A DNA stretch of 64,000 nt from Octopus vulgaris. Taxonomy: Eukaryota. The stretch covers positions 74,338,001 through 74,402,000 of the forward strand of contig OX597820.1 in NCBI GenBank assembly GCA_951406725.2. Reading direction: 5' to 3'. Below, piece by piece: positions 16,628 through 31,060 of the stretch. Below the pieces are notes generated by a model, which saw only the letters and a program-made list of their open reading frames with translations, searched no databases and had not been told where the DNA came from. Every line of letters begins with the position of its first letter. Position 1 is the first letter of the stretch. The translations under genes were made by a program, and so were the position numbers.

Positions 16628-18380
16628 CTCTCCCTACGACGTCACCGTCATAGTGTCTAGCCCCAGCAAATCGAGCAGGTCGGCGAGACACTGAAAAACT
16701 ACGAAGCGGTGACAGGAGCGAAAATCAACCGGGAAAAGTCAGTGGGCTTGCGACTAGGCACCTGGAGAAGCAAGCCCATGCCGTCCACCAGCACCTCCGT
16801 TGTGGGACGCTGGACCGACGGTCCGGTCGAGTTGCTCAGGGTTTGGTTCGGTCCGGACCTCCAGATAGAGAAGAACTGAAACGAGATAACGAGTAGGGTG
16901 GTCACTCTCGCCCGGCAATGGGCCGAGAGGAAACTGTCCCTAAACGGTCGGGCGGAGGTGGTGAACACGTACATCGCGTCCGTCATCTACTACCGCCTGA
17001 CCGTCGTGCCTTGTCTCGACCCTACCATCACCAAACTAGAACGGATTCTCTTTCGCTTCTTGTGGAAAGGATGCGTCCCGATGGTCAGGCGATCCATTTG
17101 CTGTCAACACCCGTTAAAAATAGGACTGGGCATGCCGTGGTTGATGATGCGCAGACACGCGCTGAGACTGCGACATCTCAGGCTCTTCGTAGACGACGGG
17201 TAACAGGTGTGGTCGCCGTTTGTAGGGCACGCTTTCCCGCAGCTAGTCTCCACGACCGAACTGCAGTCGTGGATCAAAAAGAGGCCGAGAAGTGCGAATG
17301 GCACCGCGAGTGTCGCGTTGCTCTCAAGCAACTCTGCTGTCCCGGGTCGACTCTGAGTGACTCCATCACAACCCAAGCATTCTATAGGGGATTAGTGGAG
17401 GGGAGGTACGACGACGAGCTCGGGGCGAACCTGGACGTCGACGAGGAATACCTGACCCGCCTGTTCGGGACGACTTTCGGGCCAGGGCCCATGGACAACT
17501 TCCAGAGATCCCTGGCCTGGCAGTGCTACCGAGAAGCGCTACCCGTTCGGGATAAGCTCTACAGACACGGCTCGAGAAACACGGGGCCGACCTGCCCGAG
17601 ATGCGGTCAGAGCGACGAAACCGTTCTGCACGCAATCGTGCAGTGTCCAACAATTTCCGACTTGTATCGAACAACTGCTGTAACGTGTGGGACGAGTCGG
17701 TTTATCAGCTGAGTCTATCGTCAATATTGTCACGCCCCCTTCCTTCAAACGGGAAAGAAGAGCTATTTTCATCATCCTTGTGGCTATGGCGAAAGAATGT
17801 ATCTGGTGGACGCGTCTGAAAGGATTGGAGACAAACACTTTCCTCTCTGGTCAATCTCTCATCAACTTCTTCAAGTACCACTTGAAAAGGAAAGTGAGAG
17901 TAGAGAGGCAAGTTTTGTCTAGCGAATGTTTTAAAAAAAGATGGGTGAATGTAGCAAGGATGGCACGTATGAATGACGAAGCCACCTTGTGCATAATCCT
18001 ATGAACCCAGAAATTGAAAACAGAGGGTTACCCACTTGCAAACAAATGTGGTAACATATAACAATATTGACCGAGGTTACCGTGGTCTTTTTCGTAGGCT
18101 TTTCTTCCCACTGATAAACCTTATCTGCTTTCCCCTTTACACCGTACATCATGACACTGTGATACACGATCCCTATTGATCGTTTTTTACCCTCTTCCCC
18201 TTTTTCTTCTTTTTTTCTTTTTTCTTTTCTTTTGTTTCTTTTCCTTTCTTTCTTTTTTCCTTTTTACGATCCCTTTTGATCGAAAACTTACGCCACTTTT
18301 TTTTTTCATCCCCCAAAATAAAAGCTCTACCTTGTAATTTGTTCCATCTGTGTGCAGCCCTGTGTGGCCAATAAAGAAAC
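16628..18380 (+). mobile_element. 5'-truncated Tx1-clade (L1-group) non-LTR retrotransposon: RT C-terminus, CCHC zinc finger, 3' UTR; inactivated
   Basis: Degenerate YADD (tacgacgtcaccgtc), YEAVTGAKINREKS, LSLNGRAEVVN, GLGMP, LPVRDKL..CPRCGQSDETVLHAIVQCP; stops and frameshifts; ends aataaagaaac then (TATC)n. Confidence 0.9.
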
Positions 18381-18471
<91 letters not shown>

Positions 18472-18481
18472 CCTGTCTGTC

Positions 18482-18607
<126 letters not shown>

Positions 18608-18630
18608 AACCAATATCTATCTATCCATCC

Positions 18631-18702
<72 letters not shown>

Positions 18703-18766
18703 GTCTGTCTGTCTATCTATCCATCCGTCCATCCATTCATCCATCCATCTATCAATATGTGTGTGT

Positions 18767-18812
<46 letters not shown>

Positions 18813-19117
18813 ATGTATATATATATTATGACCCTTGCTAGAGCAAATATTACGAGGTGTTTTTATATTGTAAAAATTTGATGAAGAAATTAATTAAAAT
18901 CTAAATCTTTTTCATAATTTCCAATAAATATCGAAGGAAGACAACGTGAATTGAAACAGTTTATTAAATACAAATATACGGTTTTGATACATGTATATGT
19001 GTATGTATCTGCAAGTTTACATACGTACGTGCGCACACACACATTAAATACACATATATGTATGTGTGTGTGTGTGTTATGTGTATAAATCCATATACAT
19101 ACATATATATATACATA

Positions 19118-19320
19118 TAATCGAAAAAAGAAACGAAGAACAAACACATGAAAAAAAAACAACAACAACGTGAGGACGTGGTACATGCAAAGACTCTCTG
19201 GGAAGGAAAGGAAGGTGGATTTACGTTTCGAGCAAAGCTCTTCTTCTGAAACAGGGCATGGAGGAAAGTCCAAGAGAAGAGGAAGACAGGAAAAAAATCG
19301 CTAACGATTCACATGCGGTT
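19118..19320 (-). mobile_element. Minimal-hammerhead element family copy (core decayed to CAGAAGA, 19217-19253)
   Basis: Reverse complement of 19435-19650. Confidence 0.8.
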
Positions 19321-19352
19321 ACATTTTAAATAGGTATATGTATGAGTGTATG

Positions 19353-19390
<38 letters not shown>

Positions 19391-19400
19391 CACACACACG

Positions 19401-19434
<34 letters not shown>

Positions 19435-19641
19435 CATTCCAGATGTGACCGCGTGTGTACCGTTGGCGATTATTTTCCTCCGTCTTCCCTTCTCGGGATC
19501 TTTCCTTTTCCTATGTTTCTGACGAAGAGCTCCGCTCGAAACGTAAAACACTCCTTCTTTCCTTCTTTCCTGAGCGTCTAATAATACTATATCTGTTCCA
19601 CGTCCTCGCGTTGTTGCGTTCTTTTGTGCTTTCATGTTTGG

Positions 19642-19650
<9 letters not shown>
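19435..19650 (+). mobile_element. ~215-bp non-coding element between (TA)n tracts carrying an intact minimal hammerhead; Penelope-like pLTR derivative
   Basis: At least five homologous copies in the window, each abutting (TA)n at its 3' end. Confidence 0.8.
19514..19550 (+). ncRNA. Minimal type I hammerhead ribozyme
   Basis: TGTTT-CTGACGA-A-GAGC-tcc-GCTC-GAAA-CG-TA-AAACA: 5-bp stem I, 4-bp stem II, palindromic ACGT stem III, GUA cleavage triplet. Confidence 0.85.
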
Positions 19651-19674
<24 letters not shown>

Positions 19675-19808
19675 GAGCTCTGCTCGAAACGTTAGACCAC
19701 TTTTCTTTCCTTCCCTGAGCATCTGCTAATACTTTACATGTATCACATCATCGCGTTGTCGTCTTTTTGTGTTTGTTCTTCGTTTTTTTTTTGAGGGGGC
19801 GGGGGCTA

Positions 19809-19810
<2 letters not shown>
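19675..19810 (+). mobile_element. Minimal-hammerhead element family copy, 5'-truncated at stem II
   Basis: gagctctgctcgaaacgtta...cctgagcatctgctaatact...cgcgttgt, between (TA)n tracts. Confidence 0.75.
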
Positions 19811-19839
<29 letters not shown>

Positions 19840-20137
19840 CGTGATAGAGAGAGAAAAAGATGCTAAAATTAAAGTTTAAATTTAAATTTTAAAATTCAGA
19901 TTTGCGTATTGGGTTTGCCCCTAGAAATATGCCGATAAAGCACGTTCACTGTCTATGACTACATGTTATCATCCAGGGTAATTGCATGATCATCGCTGGA
20001 TCTACGTTAGGAACTCCTCAGTGCACGTTGAGTATAGCAAAAACGATGGATACATAAGAAAGAATAAACTGGAAACTTTATTTATGACAACGGTCATTTC
20101 GATACATTCTACATCACTCCCTCTCGGGAATATATAT

Positions 20138-20320
20138 ACAGTTAATCCAAACATGAACAAAGAGAAAACACAACAACGCGCGGACGTGGAAGAAATATAT
20201 TGTTATTGGACGGTCAGGAAAGGAAAGTAAAAATGAAGATTTAACGTTTCGAGCGGAGCTCTTCGTCGGAAACAGAAAAAGGAAAGGTCCAAGGAATGGA
20301 AGAGGGAGAAAGAAAATCCC
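20138..20320 (-). mobile_element. Minimal-hammerhead element family copy (core CCGACGA, 20238-20274)
   Basis: Minus strand: tgttt-CCGACGA-a-gagc-tcc-gctc-GAAA-cg-TT-aaatc. Confidence 0.8.
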
Positions 20321-20344
20321 CATGTGTGTGTGTGTGTACATATG

Positions 20345-20403
<59 letters not shown>

Positions 20404-20450
20404 TTCAGCAAAAATTTAGATTCAGATATAAATATGTATATATATGTATA

Positions 20451-20517
<67 letters not shown>

Positions 20518-20679
20518 GTATATGTACCAACAAGGCAATTTCATTATATATTATTTGTCAATGAGAAGCGCGTAAGATGTTGTAATTTAATATTCTATAA
20601 GCTGTTTCTCCTGTTATATTTTTCTCTCATATATATGTTTGTATATGAGATGAATGCCTGAATGTCTGTCTTCCTCTCT

Positions 20680-20729
<50 letters not shown>

Positions 20730-22258
20730 GCATATTATTATGAATATATGTATATATATATGTATATATGTATGTATATATGTATATATATGTGTTTATA
20801 TATACATATACGCACATATATATGTATATATTTATATGTGTATATATATATGTATATATATATGTATATATATACATATATATAAATATATATGTATATA
20901 TATGTATACATATATATATATATATATTTATATATAAATATGTATATGATCGACAAGTACTGCTTTTGTTTTAAAAGTATTCTTCCGTTTGTGGATTGTT
21001 TGCAATGTTGATATACCGGAAGTAATTCCTGTAATGACATTAGAAGGAAAATTCGTATATATGCAATATATATTCGAACGATACACACATACGCACGCAT
21101 ACACACACACACACATGTTTGTATGTATTTAAGTATGTATGTATGTGTGTATGTCTGTATGTTTTATCTAAGATACAAAGAAAATGCGTAAATTTGGAAA
21201 AGACAAGGAAGAAAATCTAGATTTAATCAATATCTGTTAATTCAACATCATTTTACACAAGACAGGAAATTGAAAATAAACAACAGAACTTAGTAACCAT
21301 AGAAAAGATATGCAAATGTACTGAGCTTGTTACAATAAAGAACCGAACCGTGAAATTTGAATCAATGAGACAGTTCGAAAGAAAATCGAAAACGGAATAC
21401 ATTAAGAAAAGAAGCAATAAATTAAAGTCAGTCATGTGATATAAAAAATAAGAAAATAAATACAAAAGCACATATAAATGTATAATGAAAGACATAATAT
21501 TAAATTTATAAAATAAAATAAAATAAAATAAAATAAATATAAAAGGATGCCTAAAAAATCTTGAAATTTAACCGATTAAAATGAACTTCTTTGTTTCAAA
21601 ATTTTGTGCATTTCTTTTTTAACCTCCCGACTGTTTGTAATAACATTGAATATTGGTCAAACCTGTATAACATTGTAACGTCGTTTTCTAATGCATCTGA
21701 ATAGAGAGATTTAGCACTCAGGAAATTACTAGTTGCATTAATGCGATGATTCTTTTTCCTTGTATTATCCAATCAATTTCAATGTGCATTAGACCATTCG
21801 TGCACAAATTTAGAATAAATGGTTAAGAAACAACAACAAAACACATGATTCTGGTTTGGATCTATTAAGCGAAAGATGTTGCTACGTGATGATTCGACTC
21901 GCAAGAGATAACAACTAAATTTTCCTCAAATGCCAAATAAGAAAGCAGTGCTATGGTATGGCATTGACCCTGTAAATTTAAGAATCTACGAAAACAAAGA
22001 TTGGTGAATGCTAGACTAAGTCTACCATGTCTTTATAAAAGCCGTGATAGTTATGGCGGGACCTATCTTTCATAGGGACAAAGCAACTAAGATAGAACAG
22101 CGTTGCCCTTTAAACTACTAACAATGCTTCGAGAGAATGCTTTCAGTCTTATGAAGTGTAAATTATACTACATGTGTATGAATGTATGAGTGTATGTATG
22201 TATGGTTGTATATGCATGTGTGTATGTTTATGCATGTATATGTATGTATATTATAAAT

Positions 22259-22360
<102 letters not shown>

Positions 22361-22693
22361 CACATATATATATATATATGTGTGTGTGTATGTGCGAGTG
22401 CATGTATAGCGCAATGTGACCAGCGATGTATAACAACATCTGGTTGTCTGGTAGAAACGGGGGTGTATGTATGTGTGTATGTTTGTATATGCATTTATGT
22501 ATGTTTTTACATTTTATATGTATATATATGTATCCATACATACACACACACATATATATATATATGTATATGTATGGGTAGCGGAATGTGATCAGCGATG
22601 TATAACATCTGTAAGTCTGATCGAAACAGTGACATATGCATGTATGTGTGTGTATATATACATATACACATACATATATATATATATACATAT

Positions 22694-22796
<103 letters not shown>

Positions 22797-22809
22797 CGAT
22801 CGATCGATC

Positions 22810-22893
<84 letters not shown>

Positions 22894-23302
22894 TATGTAC
22901 ACACATGTATAAACATACATTTATAGTATAATTTACTATTTATACGCCCGAGGAAGGCCATCACTGACCATTAAGAAAATTGTGCGCTCAAACAAATTTA
23001 TATTTTACTATTGTGATTCCGTTGGTGACTAATGAGCCAGGTTCTTCATAAGCATATACGAATGTCTGTCTGTCTGTTTATATGGATGGATGAATGGATG
23101 GATGTGTGTGTGTGTGTATGTGTGTGTGTGTGTGATTGTGTGTTGTTTTTGTTAAGTGTGATGTTTATAACGTGTCATTATTTATTCGGACTGTAATGAG
23201 TCAAGTGGCGACGGCGACTTTTTCCTACCTTTGTCTCAGAATGGATTGCGCTGCGCTGTGAGAAGTATAACAGTTTACACTGCCTCGTAGTGGAGGTCGT
23301 GT

Positions 23303-23402
23303 GGAGACGCGTGGCTTAGCGGTTAGGGTGTTAGACTCATGATCGTAAGAATGTTGTTTCGTTTCCTGGACCGGACAACGCGTTGTGTTCTTGAGCAAAA
23401 CA
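23303..23402 (+). mobile_element. SINE family C 5' part
   Basis: cgcgtggcttagcggttagggtgttagactcatgatcgtaag...gttgtgttcttgagcaaaac. Confidence 0.8.
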
Positions 23403-23927
23403 GGTGAGGTATATATATACGTCATGCAAACCGGGCAACAGGCCCTTATGAGCCGACGGAGTGCCACTTCGTGAATCTAATCATACATTTGTTCCCGCCT
23501 GGGGCAACAAATGTATAACCAGTGAATAATTTTTACCGATTTGCAATGAACGAAGCTTTACTTTGTAATAAACTCAGAATTGCCTTTCTAGGTAACTGGT
23601 GCTGAAGAGAACTAACGAGATCAAATTGCATCCGCCAATCCAAGATTGACCGCTCAGGTCTGACTATGGTGTCTTAATATCTTTTATTTTTAAGTGAGAC
23701 AAACTGTAATGAAATACCTTTTCAAATATTTTTCAAAGATATTTGGATTGTTAATGACTAGCAGAAACATGGTATTTCATTATGCAACCACAATATAATA
23801 TAAAGTATATTAACGATTCTTAAAGTCAATACCGTGTACTACTGTGTTAGCAGTGCGAAGTTTGTGTGTGTGTGTGTTTGTGTGTATGTGCATACACATA
23901 CACATATACATATACGTGTATATTAAC

Positions 23928-24370
23928 GCAGGTATCGCTGCGTGGTTAAGAAGACGGCAATGCAACCTCGTGTTTCTGGTTCAGTCTCACTGCATGGCGC
24001 CTCGGTTAAATGTCTTCTATTATAGACTCGTGTTGGCAAATGAACTTGCTAGAGAGAAACTACGTGGAAGCTCACAGTATCAATATATATGGAGTGGTGA
24101 GGGGGAAGTATATACCTGTGTGTGGTAGTGCATGTATGTGTGTTTGTGGGGGGAGTGTATGTGTGTGTGTGTCATTGGGTTTCAATTTGTCACATCACTT
24201 GACAACCGTCGTTAGTTTGTTTACGTCCCTGTTAGAAGTTCGCCCAAAAGATCGAAGGAATAAGTAGCGAAGTAAATAAGTATTGAGGTCGTATTTCTTC
24301 GACGTAACACTTCAAGACGGTACTCCAGTATGGCCTCAGTCCAAAGAGTAAAGCAAATGATAGTCAAAAG
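23928..24370 (+). mobile_element. SINE family B copy (diverged)
   Basis: gctgcgtggttaagaag..ggttcagtctcactgcatggc..tgtcttctattatag..ctccagtatggcc. Confidence 0.7.
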
Positions 24371-25880
24371 ACAATAGCTATATGTGTGTACGCGTGTGCG
24401 TGTATATGCACACACACACATACACACGTATACACTTGTATACACACATACACACATACGCACACGTACACACATACGCACACATATATAGACACATAAA
24501 CGCGCCCCCACACGCATACCCCTATCCCCCCTACATAAGCATAACCCCGCCACACATATACACAAACACACAACACCGTTTCATAACCAAGTTCGCTGGA
24601 AAGGAGCAGCTGATTGACAAAACCTGCCAGTAACAGCTTGACTAAGAATTATTGCCAAACTTTTAGATCAGCTCTGGCTATTTCAGGTTGTAATCCCTTG
24701 AACTGGGTCATTTTCCTTATGTAGTAACCTGTCTCAGCCAGCAAATATAATGAATAGAACAATTTATTTCGTTGGACAGTTTACAAATGAAACTTGATAG
24801 CACAGCACATTCTCTATATAATTCAATATACCTTCGACCCTTCCACCCTACGTACATACACACATACATACACACATACATACATACATACATTCATCAT
24901 ACATATATACATAGGTACGTACGTACATACATACATACATGCATACATACATACATACGTACGTACATACATACACACATACATACATTCATACATAATA
25001 CATATATACATACATACATTCATACATACATACATGCATGCATACATACATACATACATACATACATTCATACATACATACACGCATACATACATACATA
25101 ATACATACATACATACATAATACATACATGCATACATACATTCATACATTCATACATACATACACACATACATACATACATTCATACATACATACACACA
25201 TACATACATACATAATACATACATACACACATTCATACATACATACACACATACATACATACATTCATACATACATACACACATACACACATACATACAT
25301 ATATACATACATACATACATACATACATAGGCACGTACGTACATACATACAAATATTTACTTATGTACGTGCTCTGCAAAACGTGTGCTCACAAGCTTAC
25401 ACAGGCATAACCACACGTACACACACACGCGCACACACTCACACATGTATATGCATATATGTACTCAGAGGTGCATGCATACACTCATAGATAAGCACAC
25501 ATATACAGTGTGTATGTATATATATATATGCGCATGTATATAAATGTATGTGTTTACGTATTTATATACACCACAGTGTATGTTCGAGCAATTACATATG
25601 CGTGCTCGAGCAGGCACACCCATATACAAAATTATATGTACATATGTATATATGTATATCAGTATGCATGTAAAAATGTATATATATAACATTTATATAC
25701 ATTAGAACACTAACACACACACACACGCACGCACACACACACACACACACACACATACGAACATAAATACCTACACACGTAAAGATGCTTTGTTGCATTA
25801 CAACGTTTCAACGTTTCTCACGCCTATATATACGAAGATATATATGTGCGTGTATGTTTGTGTGTGTGTATATGTGTGTG

Positions 25881-25979
<99 letters not shown>

Positions 25980-25989
25980 CCATAGTCGA

Positions 25990-26116
25990 AGGCGTCGCTG
26001 TGTGGTAAGAAGCGTGCTTCCCGACCACATGGTTCCGGGTTCAGTCCCATTGCGTGGCACCTTGGGCAAGTGTCTTCTACTATAGATTTGGAAGACGGAA
26101 ACTGAAATAAACCCGT

Positions 26117-26152
<36 letters not shown>

Positions 26153-26360
26153 ATTTGTGTGTCTGTGCTTGTCACCCCCCACCCAATATCGCTTGAGAAC
26201 CGATGCTCTCGTGTTTACGTCCCCGTAACCTAGCGATTCACAAAACGAGACCGATAGAATAAGCACTAGGCTTACAAAGAATAAGTCCTGGGGTCGATTT
26301 CTTCGACTAAAGGCGGTGCTCCAGCACAGACGCAGTCAAATGACTGAAACGAATAAAATA
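25990..26360 (+). mobile_element. tRNA-derived SINE family B, near full length, with internal (TA)n
   Basis: ggcgtcgctgtgtggtaagaagcg (A box), gggttcagtccc (B box), tail aggcggtgctccagca..cagtcaaatgactgaaac. Confidence 0.85.
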
Positions 26361-26417
26361 CATATATGTGTGCACACACACACACATACGCCCATACACA
26401 TATATATTCTTTTCTTC

Positions 26418-26806
26418 TCCAGGCATATGGCCCGAAATTTTGTGGGAGAGGACCAGTCAATTAGATCGACTCCAGTGCGCAACTGGTACTTAATTTATCG
26501 AGCCCGAAAAGATGGAAATCAAAGTCGAAATCGGCGGAATTTGACCTCAGTACGTAAAGACAAACAAAATACCTATCTCTTTACTACCCAGAAGGAGCTA
26601 AACACAGAGGGGACAAACAAGGACTGACAAACGGATTAAGTCGAATACATCGACCCCAGTGCGCAACTGGTGCATAATTTTTCGACCCCGAAAGGATGAA
26701 AGGCAAAGCCGACCTCGGCGGAATTTGAACTCAGAACGTAACGGCAGACGAAATACGGCTACGCATTTCGCCCGGCGTGCTAACGTTTCTGCCAGCTCGC
26801 CGCCTT
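26418..26806 (-). mobile_element. SINE family A dimer
   Basis: Two units; the head ends ctgccagctcgccgcct. Confidence 0.85.
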
Positions 26807-27325
26807 TCGCACACATGTATACATATTCGTATACATAGACATGAAACAAGTGTTTTCATGTGTGTGTATGCCTGTATGTATGTGCATGTCTGTGTATATG
26901 TGTATGTGTGTGTGTGTGCGTAAGAGAGAGAAAGAGAGAGAGAGAGTTAGTGTGAGAGAGATAGTGTGTGCATGTGCCTGTGTGTGTGTGCGTGCGCATT
27001 AATGTATGTAAATGTTTTCTTAACCTAAATTATTGGCGACTAATACTTTTGAAAGCTCGGTTATTTAAAGAGTAAGTAGAAAAATATAAGGTAGCCAAAT
27101 TTACTGCTGAAATGACCACGAATGTCTATCGAGCAGTAAATAGGCTATAATTTATATTATTTATATAATCTTTGTACTAGTTTATATGTAATGTTTTTGT
27201 AAGGATTATTCGGAGAAGAGCAGCACTTAAGATATTATGGCAAAGCAACGAGATTGGTGGAGGTGCGGCTGTGGCGGTGATGGGGGTGATGGTGCTGATG
27301 ACCGGGAAATGATGAAAGAAACAAC

Positions 27326-27653
27326 CTTCTTCTTCTTCTTCTTCTTCTTCTTCTTCTTCTTCTTCTTCTTCTTCTTCTTCTTCTTCTTCTTCTTCTTCTT
27401 CTTTTTCTTCTTCTTTTTCTTCTTTTTTTTCTTCTTCTTCTTCTTTTTCTTCTCCTTCTTTTTCTTCTTCTTCTTCTTCTTCTTCTTCTTCTTCATTTCA
27501 TCTTCTTCTTTTTCTTCTTCTTCTTCTTCTTCTTCTTCTTCTTCTTTTTCTTCATCTTCTTCTTCTTCTTCATCTTCTTCTTCTTCTTCTTCTTCTTCTT
27601 CTTCTTCTTCTTCTTCGAACAACATAATTATGAATTATTTTATCATCAAAATC

Positions 27654-27726
<73 letters not shown>

Positions 27727-27752
27727 TAATAATAATAATAATAATAATAATA
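27326..27752. repeat. (TTC)n, (AAC)n and (AAT)n microsatellites
   Basis: Directly visible. Confidence 0.97.
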
Positions 27753-27753
27753 A

Positions 27754-28290
27754 AGGCCCTGATGCAGTACCAGGCTGTGGCTCTCGTGGCTTCTGATCTT
27801 AACTGACTGGAAGTATTATTGTGTACGTTGTTTTGTCTTGGTATAAAAGATGGGCTACAGCAAATATTCTGTCAGTTGTTTGACCTTAACCTGTTGACTA
27901 TGTCCCTTAGTGGCTGACAGTATGTGCATCTCTGATCACGAGCAGAAGTAGTGGGGGAGCATCATAGCCGTGTGTCGAGAGGAATTCTTTGCGGTTTCAA
28001 TAATTCACCCCTGGAAACATGGGTGTTTCGTTCAACATCCTTAAACTATCCTTACTCAGGGACCTTTTGAGTAGGATGGGTTACTCGACCAGAAGAAAAT
28101 TCTAACTGGGCCCCACCTGTAAGGTCACGTGCTGTTTATCTTGATATGAGATCCCCATGTCGCGCACATATGGTTGTGATGCATGTGCCTAGTGTACCCT
28201 TATCAGACGGGTAGTTATGGTGGGTATACTAGACTTCGCATATTTTACTCCAGTGTCATTTTGATGGTATGCACTGCTCCCTCACTCAAT
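27754..28290 (+). mobile_element. (TAA)n-flanked dispersed repeat, probable 3' UTR of an R4/Dong-type LINE; second copy at 57826-58165
   Basis: Two homologous copies (ggggagcatcatagcc...gcactgctc(c/t)ctcactc), both ending in (AAT)n and each followed by an R4/Dong fragment. The LINE assignment is inference. Confidence 0.6.
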
Positions 28291-28294
28291 AATG

Positions 28295-28357
<63 letters not shown>

Positions 28358-28360
<3 letters not shown>

Positions 28361-29250
28361 TCTGAAACAGAGGGGTTTATCATAGCAGCTCAAGATCAAT
28401 GCCTACCAACAAGAAACTACCAGGCCAACATATTAAAGATCAGAAGCAGTCCAACGTGTCGTGTATGCAAGCAACAAAATGAAACCATTGACCATGTGGT
28501 CTCCAAGTGCAGTCTTCTAGCGCCTACAGAGTATCTCAACAGGCACGATAGAGCTGCACAATATATTCACTGGGTAATCTGTAAAAACCTGGATTTGCCC
28601 CATGAAAAAAACTGGTGGGAACACAAACCACCCCCAGTGCTTGAAAATGACCACATCTCACTCCTCTGGAACTTCACCATTCAAACTGACAGGAAGATAG
28701 ATGCAAATAGGCCAGACATCATATTAAAAAACTTCAAACAAAGAACATGCCTCCTCATTGATATGACTGTCCCAATCGATATAAACGTATCTGTCAAGAC
28801 CTACCAAAAACTGAGCAAATATAAAGATCTTGAAATAGAAATCAGCAAAATGTGGAAGCTGAAGACTAAAACAATACCTGTTGTCATAGGTGCCCTGGGA
28901 ATGATAGCAAAAGGGGCTGATAGCTACCTAACTCAGATACCAGGAAACCCCAAAATGGCAGAAGTTCAAAAGATAGTGCTCATGGGAACTGCTCATATCC
29001 TACGCAAAATACTCTCTATGTAATCTCAAGGTTTAAAACAAACATAATTTTCGGTTTAAAAAAAAAAAAAAAAAAAAAAAAACTTTTTTTTTTTTTTTAG
29101 ACATTCATTAGTACAACATCCCCACCCTCCAAATATATGGCACACTAGGCATAACAACAACATGAACTTCCAACCCTGTTGTCTCTTGAGGTCTCTGGGT
29201 GAGACCTGGAGCCAACTTGTACAAATATAAAGCAAAAGTCAAACATAGAA
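28358..29250 (+). mobile_element. 5'-truncated R4/Dong-type non-LTR retrotransposon (CCHC + restriction-like endonuclease) in (TAA)n
   Basis: Open frame to 29023: IIAAQDQCL, CRVC..ETIDHVVSKC, RHD, NRPDII..CLLIDMTVP, KLSKYKDL, IPVVIGALG; (AAT)n on both sides. Confidence 0.9.
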
Positions 29251-29269
29251 TAATAATAGTAATAATAAT

Positions 29270-29480
29270 CCTTTCTTCTATAGGCACAACGCCTGAAATT
29301 TGTGTTGATGGGACTAGTCGATTACACCGACACCAGTTTTTCACTGGTATTTAATTTATCGAACCCGAAAGGATGAAAGGCAAAGTCGACCCCGGCGGAA
29401 TTTGAACTCAGAACACGAAGACTGACGAAATACCGCCCATCATTTCGCCTGGCGTGCTATCGATTCTGCCAGTTCCCTCC
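29270..29480 (-). mobile_element. SINE family A copy
   Basis: gaaaggatgaaaggcaaagtcgaccccggcggaatttgaactcagaac. Confidence 0.85.
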
Positions 29481-29823
29481 CCTGTGATCGTAGAAACCAT
29501 AATTAAACTAGGTGTAGGAGAATAAGTCCATGTATAGGGGTCCAAAGTCAAGCAATTTTGTAGGAATGAAGATTGGTTAATACCATGGAACCCAGCTGAT
29601 GACTGTTTTTTTGGGGGGATTAATCGATGAGTGTGGAATGTAAACGAAATTTAACATCAGCGAGATTTGAACTCGAAAAGGAAAGAGCTGGAAGAAACCT
29701 AAACCCGTCAGAAATCTGTATTTGATAATAAATCATCGCTTGTCTCTATGATGTAGTGATGCGCCTATAGAAAAGAACAGAAAAACTGTAAAACAGAAAA
29801 CCTTTCCAAACAACACTAAGCAC

Positions 29824-29901
<78 letters not shown>

Positions 29902-29939
29902 TTTTTAAACCCCCCTTTTTTTTGTCCTCTTTCTCTCCT

Positions 29940-30079
29940 TTTACGATCCCTTTTGATCGAAACTCCCCCTTCCTTTTTTTTTTTTTTTTTTTTTTTTTTT
30001 TCTTAAACCTTCAAAAGAAAAGCTCTACCTTGTAATTTGTTCTATCTGTGTGCAGCCCTGTGTGGCTAATAAAGAAACA

Positions 30080-30080
<1 letters not shown>
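29940..30080 (+). mobile_element. Tx1-clade LINE, isolated 3' end, inside (TATC)n
   Basis: ttacgatcccttttgatcgaa..aaaagctctaccttgtaatttgtt..cagccctgtgtggctaataaagaaac. Confidence 0.85.
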
Positions 30081-30111
<31 letters not shown>

Positions 30112-30124
30112 AATCTATCTATCC

Positions 30125-30233
<109 letters not shown>

Positions 30234-30234
30234 A

Positions 30235-31060
30235 CGTCAAACACGAAGGGTGTGCTGTCAGGGCTAGGATGCGTGCTCTAAGGATGGAAGGTGTTGGAGC
30301 CGCGAGGGAGGCCAGGGTGGCGGAGGCGCAGCAGGGCAACAACGCCACCATTCGGTCTCTGGTAGATGAACAAGGGCGCGAATTGCTCGAGCCCAGCAAG
30401 ATGTGCGAGACATTTCAGCGGCAGTTTGCCCGACTGTACGGGACGAGTGGTGAGCGTGAACGCAGGGTGGACTTCAGTGCCTACCTGCACAGCCTACCAC
30501 GACTCTCGGCAAGAGAGGCAGAGTGCTGCGAAGGTGCCATCACGGCGGCGGATGTGCGGGACGCGATGGCAGAATGCTCGAGAGACAAATCGCCGGGTTT
30601 GGATGGTCTGCCCTACGAGTTTTACAATTGTATGCCATACTTGTTTGGAGACGTCTAGGCAGCGGTATACTGCAACTGGCAGCAAAACGGGAGCATACCC
30701 GGTTTGGTGAGTCGAGGAGCCGTAACGCTGCTGAAGAAAGATCCAAACAAGGGGACCATTATAGATAACTTTAGACCAATCACTCTGCTCAATGCAGACC
30801 TGAAAATTTTGACAAAGGTGTTAGCCAAGAGGTTGGCGCTTGTCATCGAGAAACTGGTCGACAACGCACAAACGTGCGCCGTGCCGGGCCGGAGCATCCA
30901 TGACAACCTCCATCTGATGCGCTACATCATAGACAGAGTAGTTAAGGAACCTGGCATGGGTGGGGCCCTGATCAACTTGGATCAATCGAAAGCCTTCGAT
31001 AGGGTAGACCATCGATACTTGGAGGCAGTCCTGAGAGCGGCTGGTTTCGGTCCTGTCTTC
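30235..31060 (+). mobile_element. Tx1-clade LINE internal fragment (RT N-terminal half) with an in-frame stop
   Basis: KSPGLDGLPYEFY, NFRPITLLNADLKIL, QTCAVPGRSIHDN, LDQSKAFDRVDH; preceded by (TATC)n. Confidence 0.92.

Noticed and set aside
28292-29023. 243-aa ORF as an intact gene
   Set aside because: The start codon and poly-Ile come from the (AAT)n tract; the rest is a 5'-truncated LINE.
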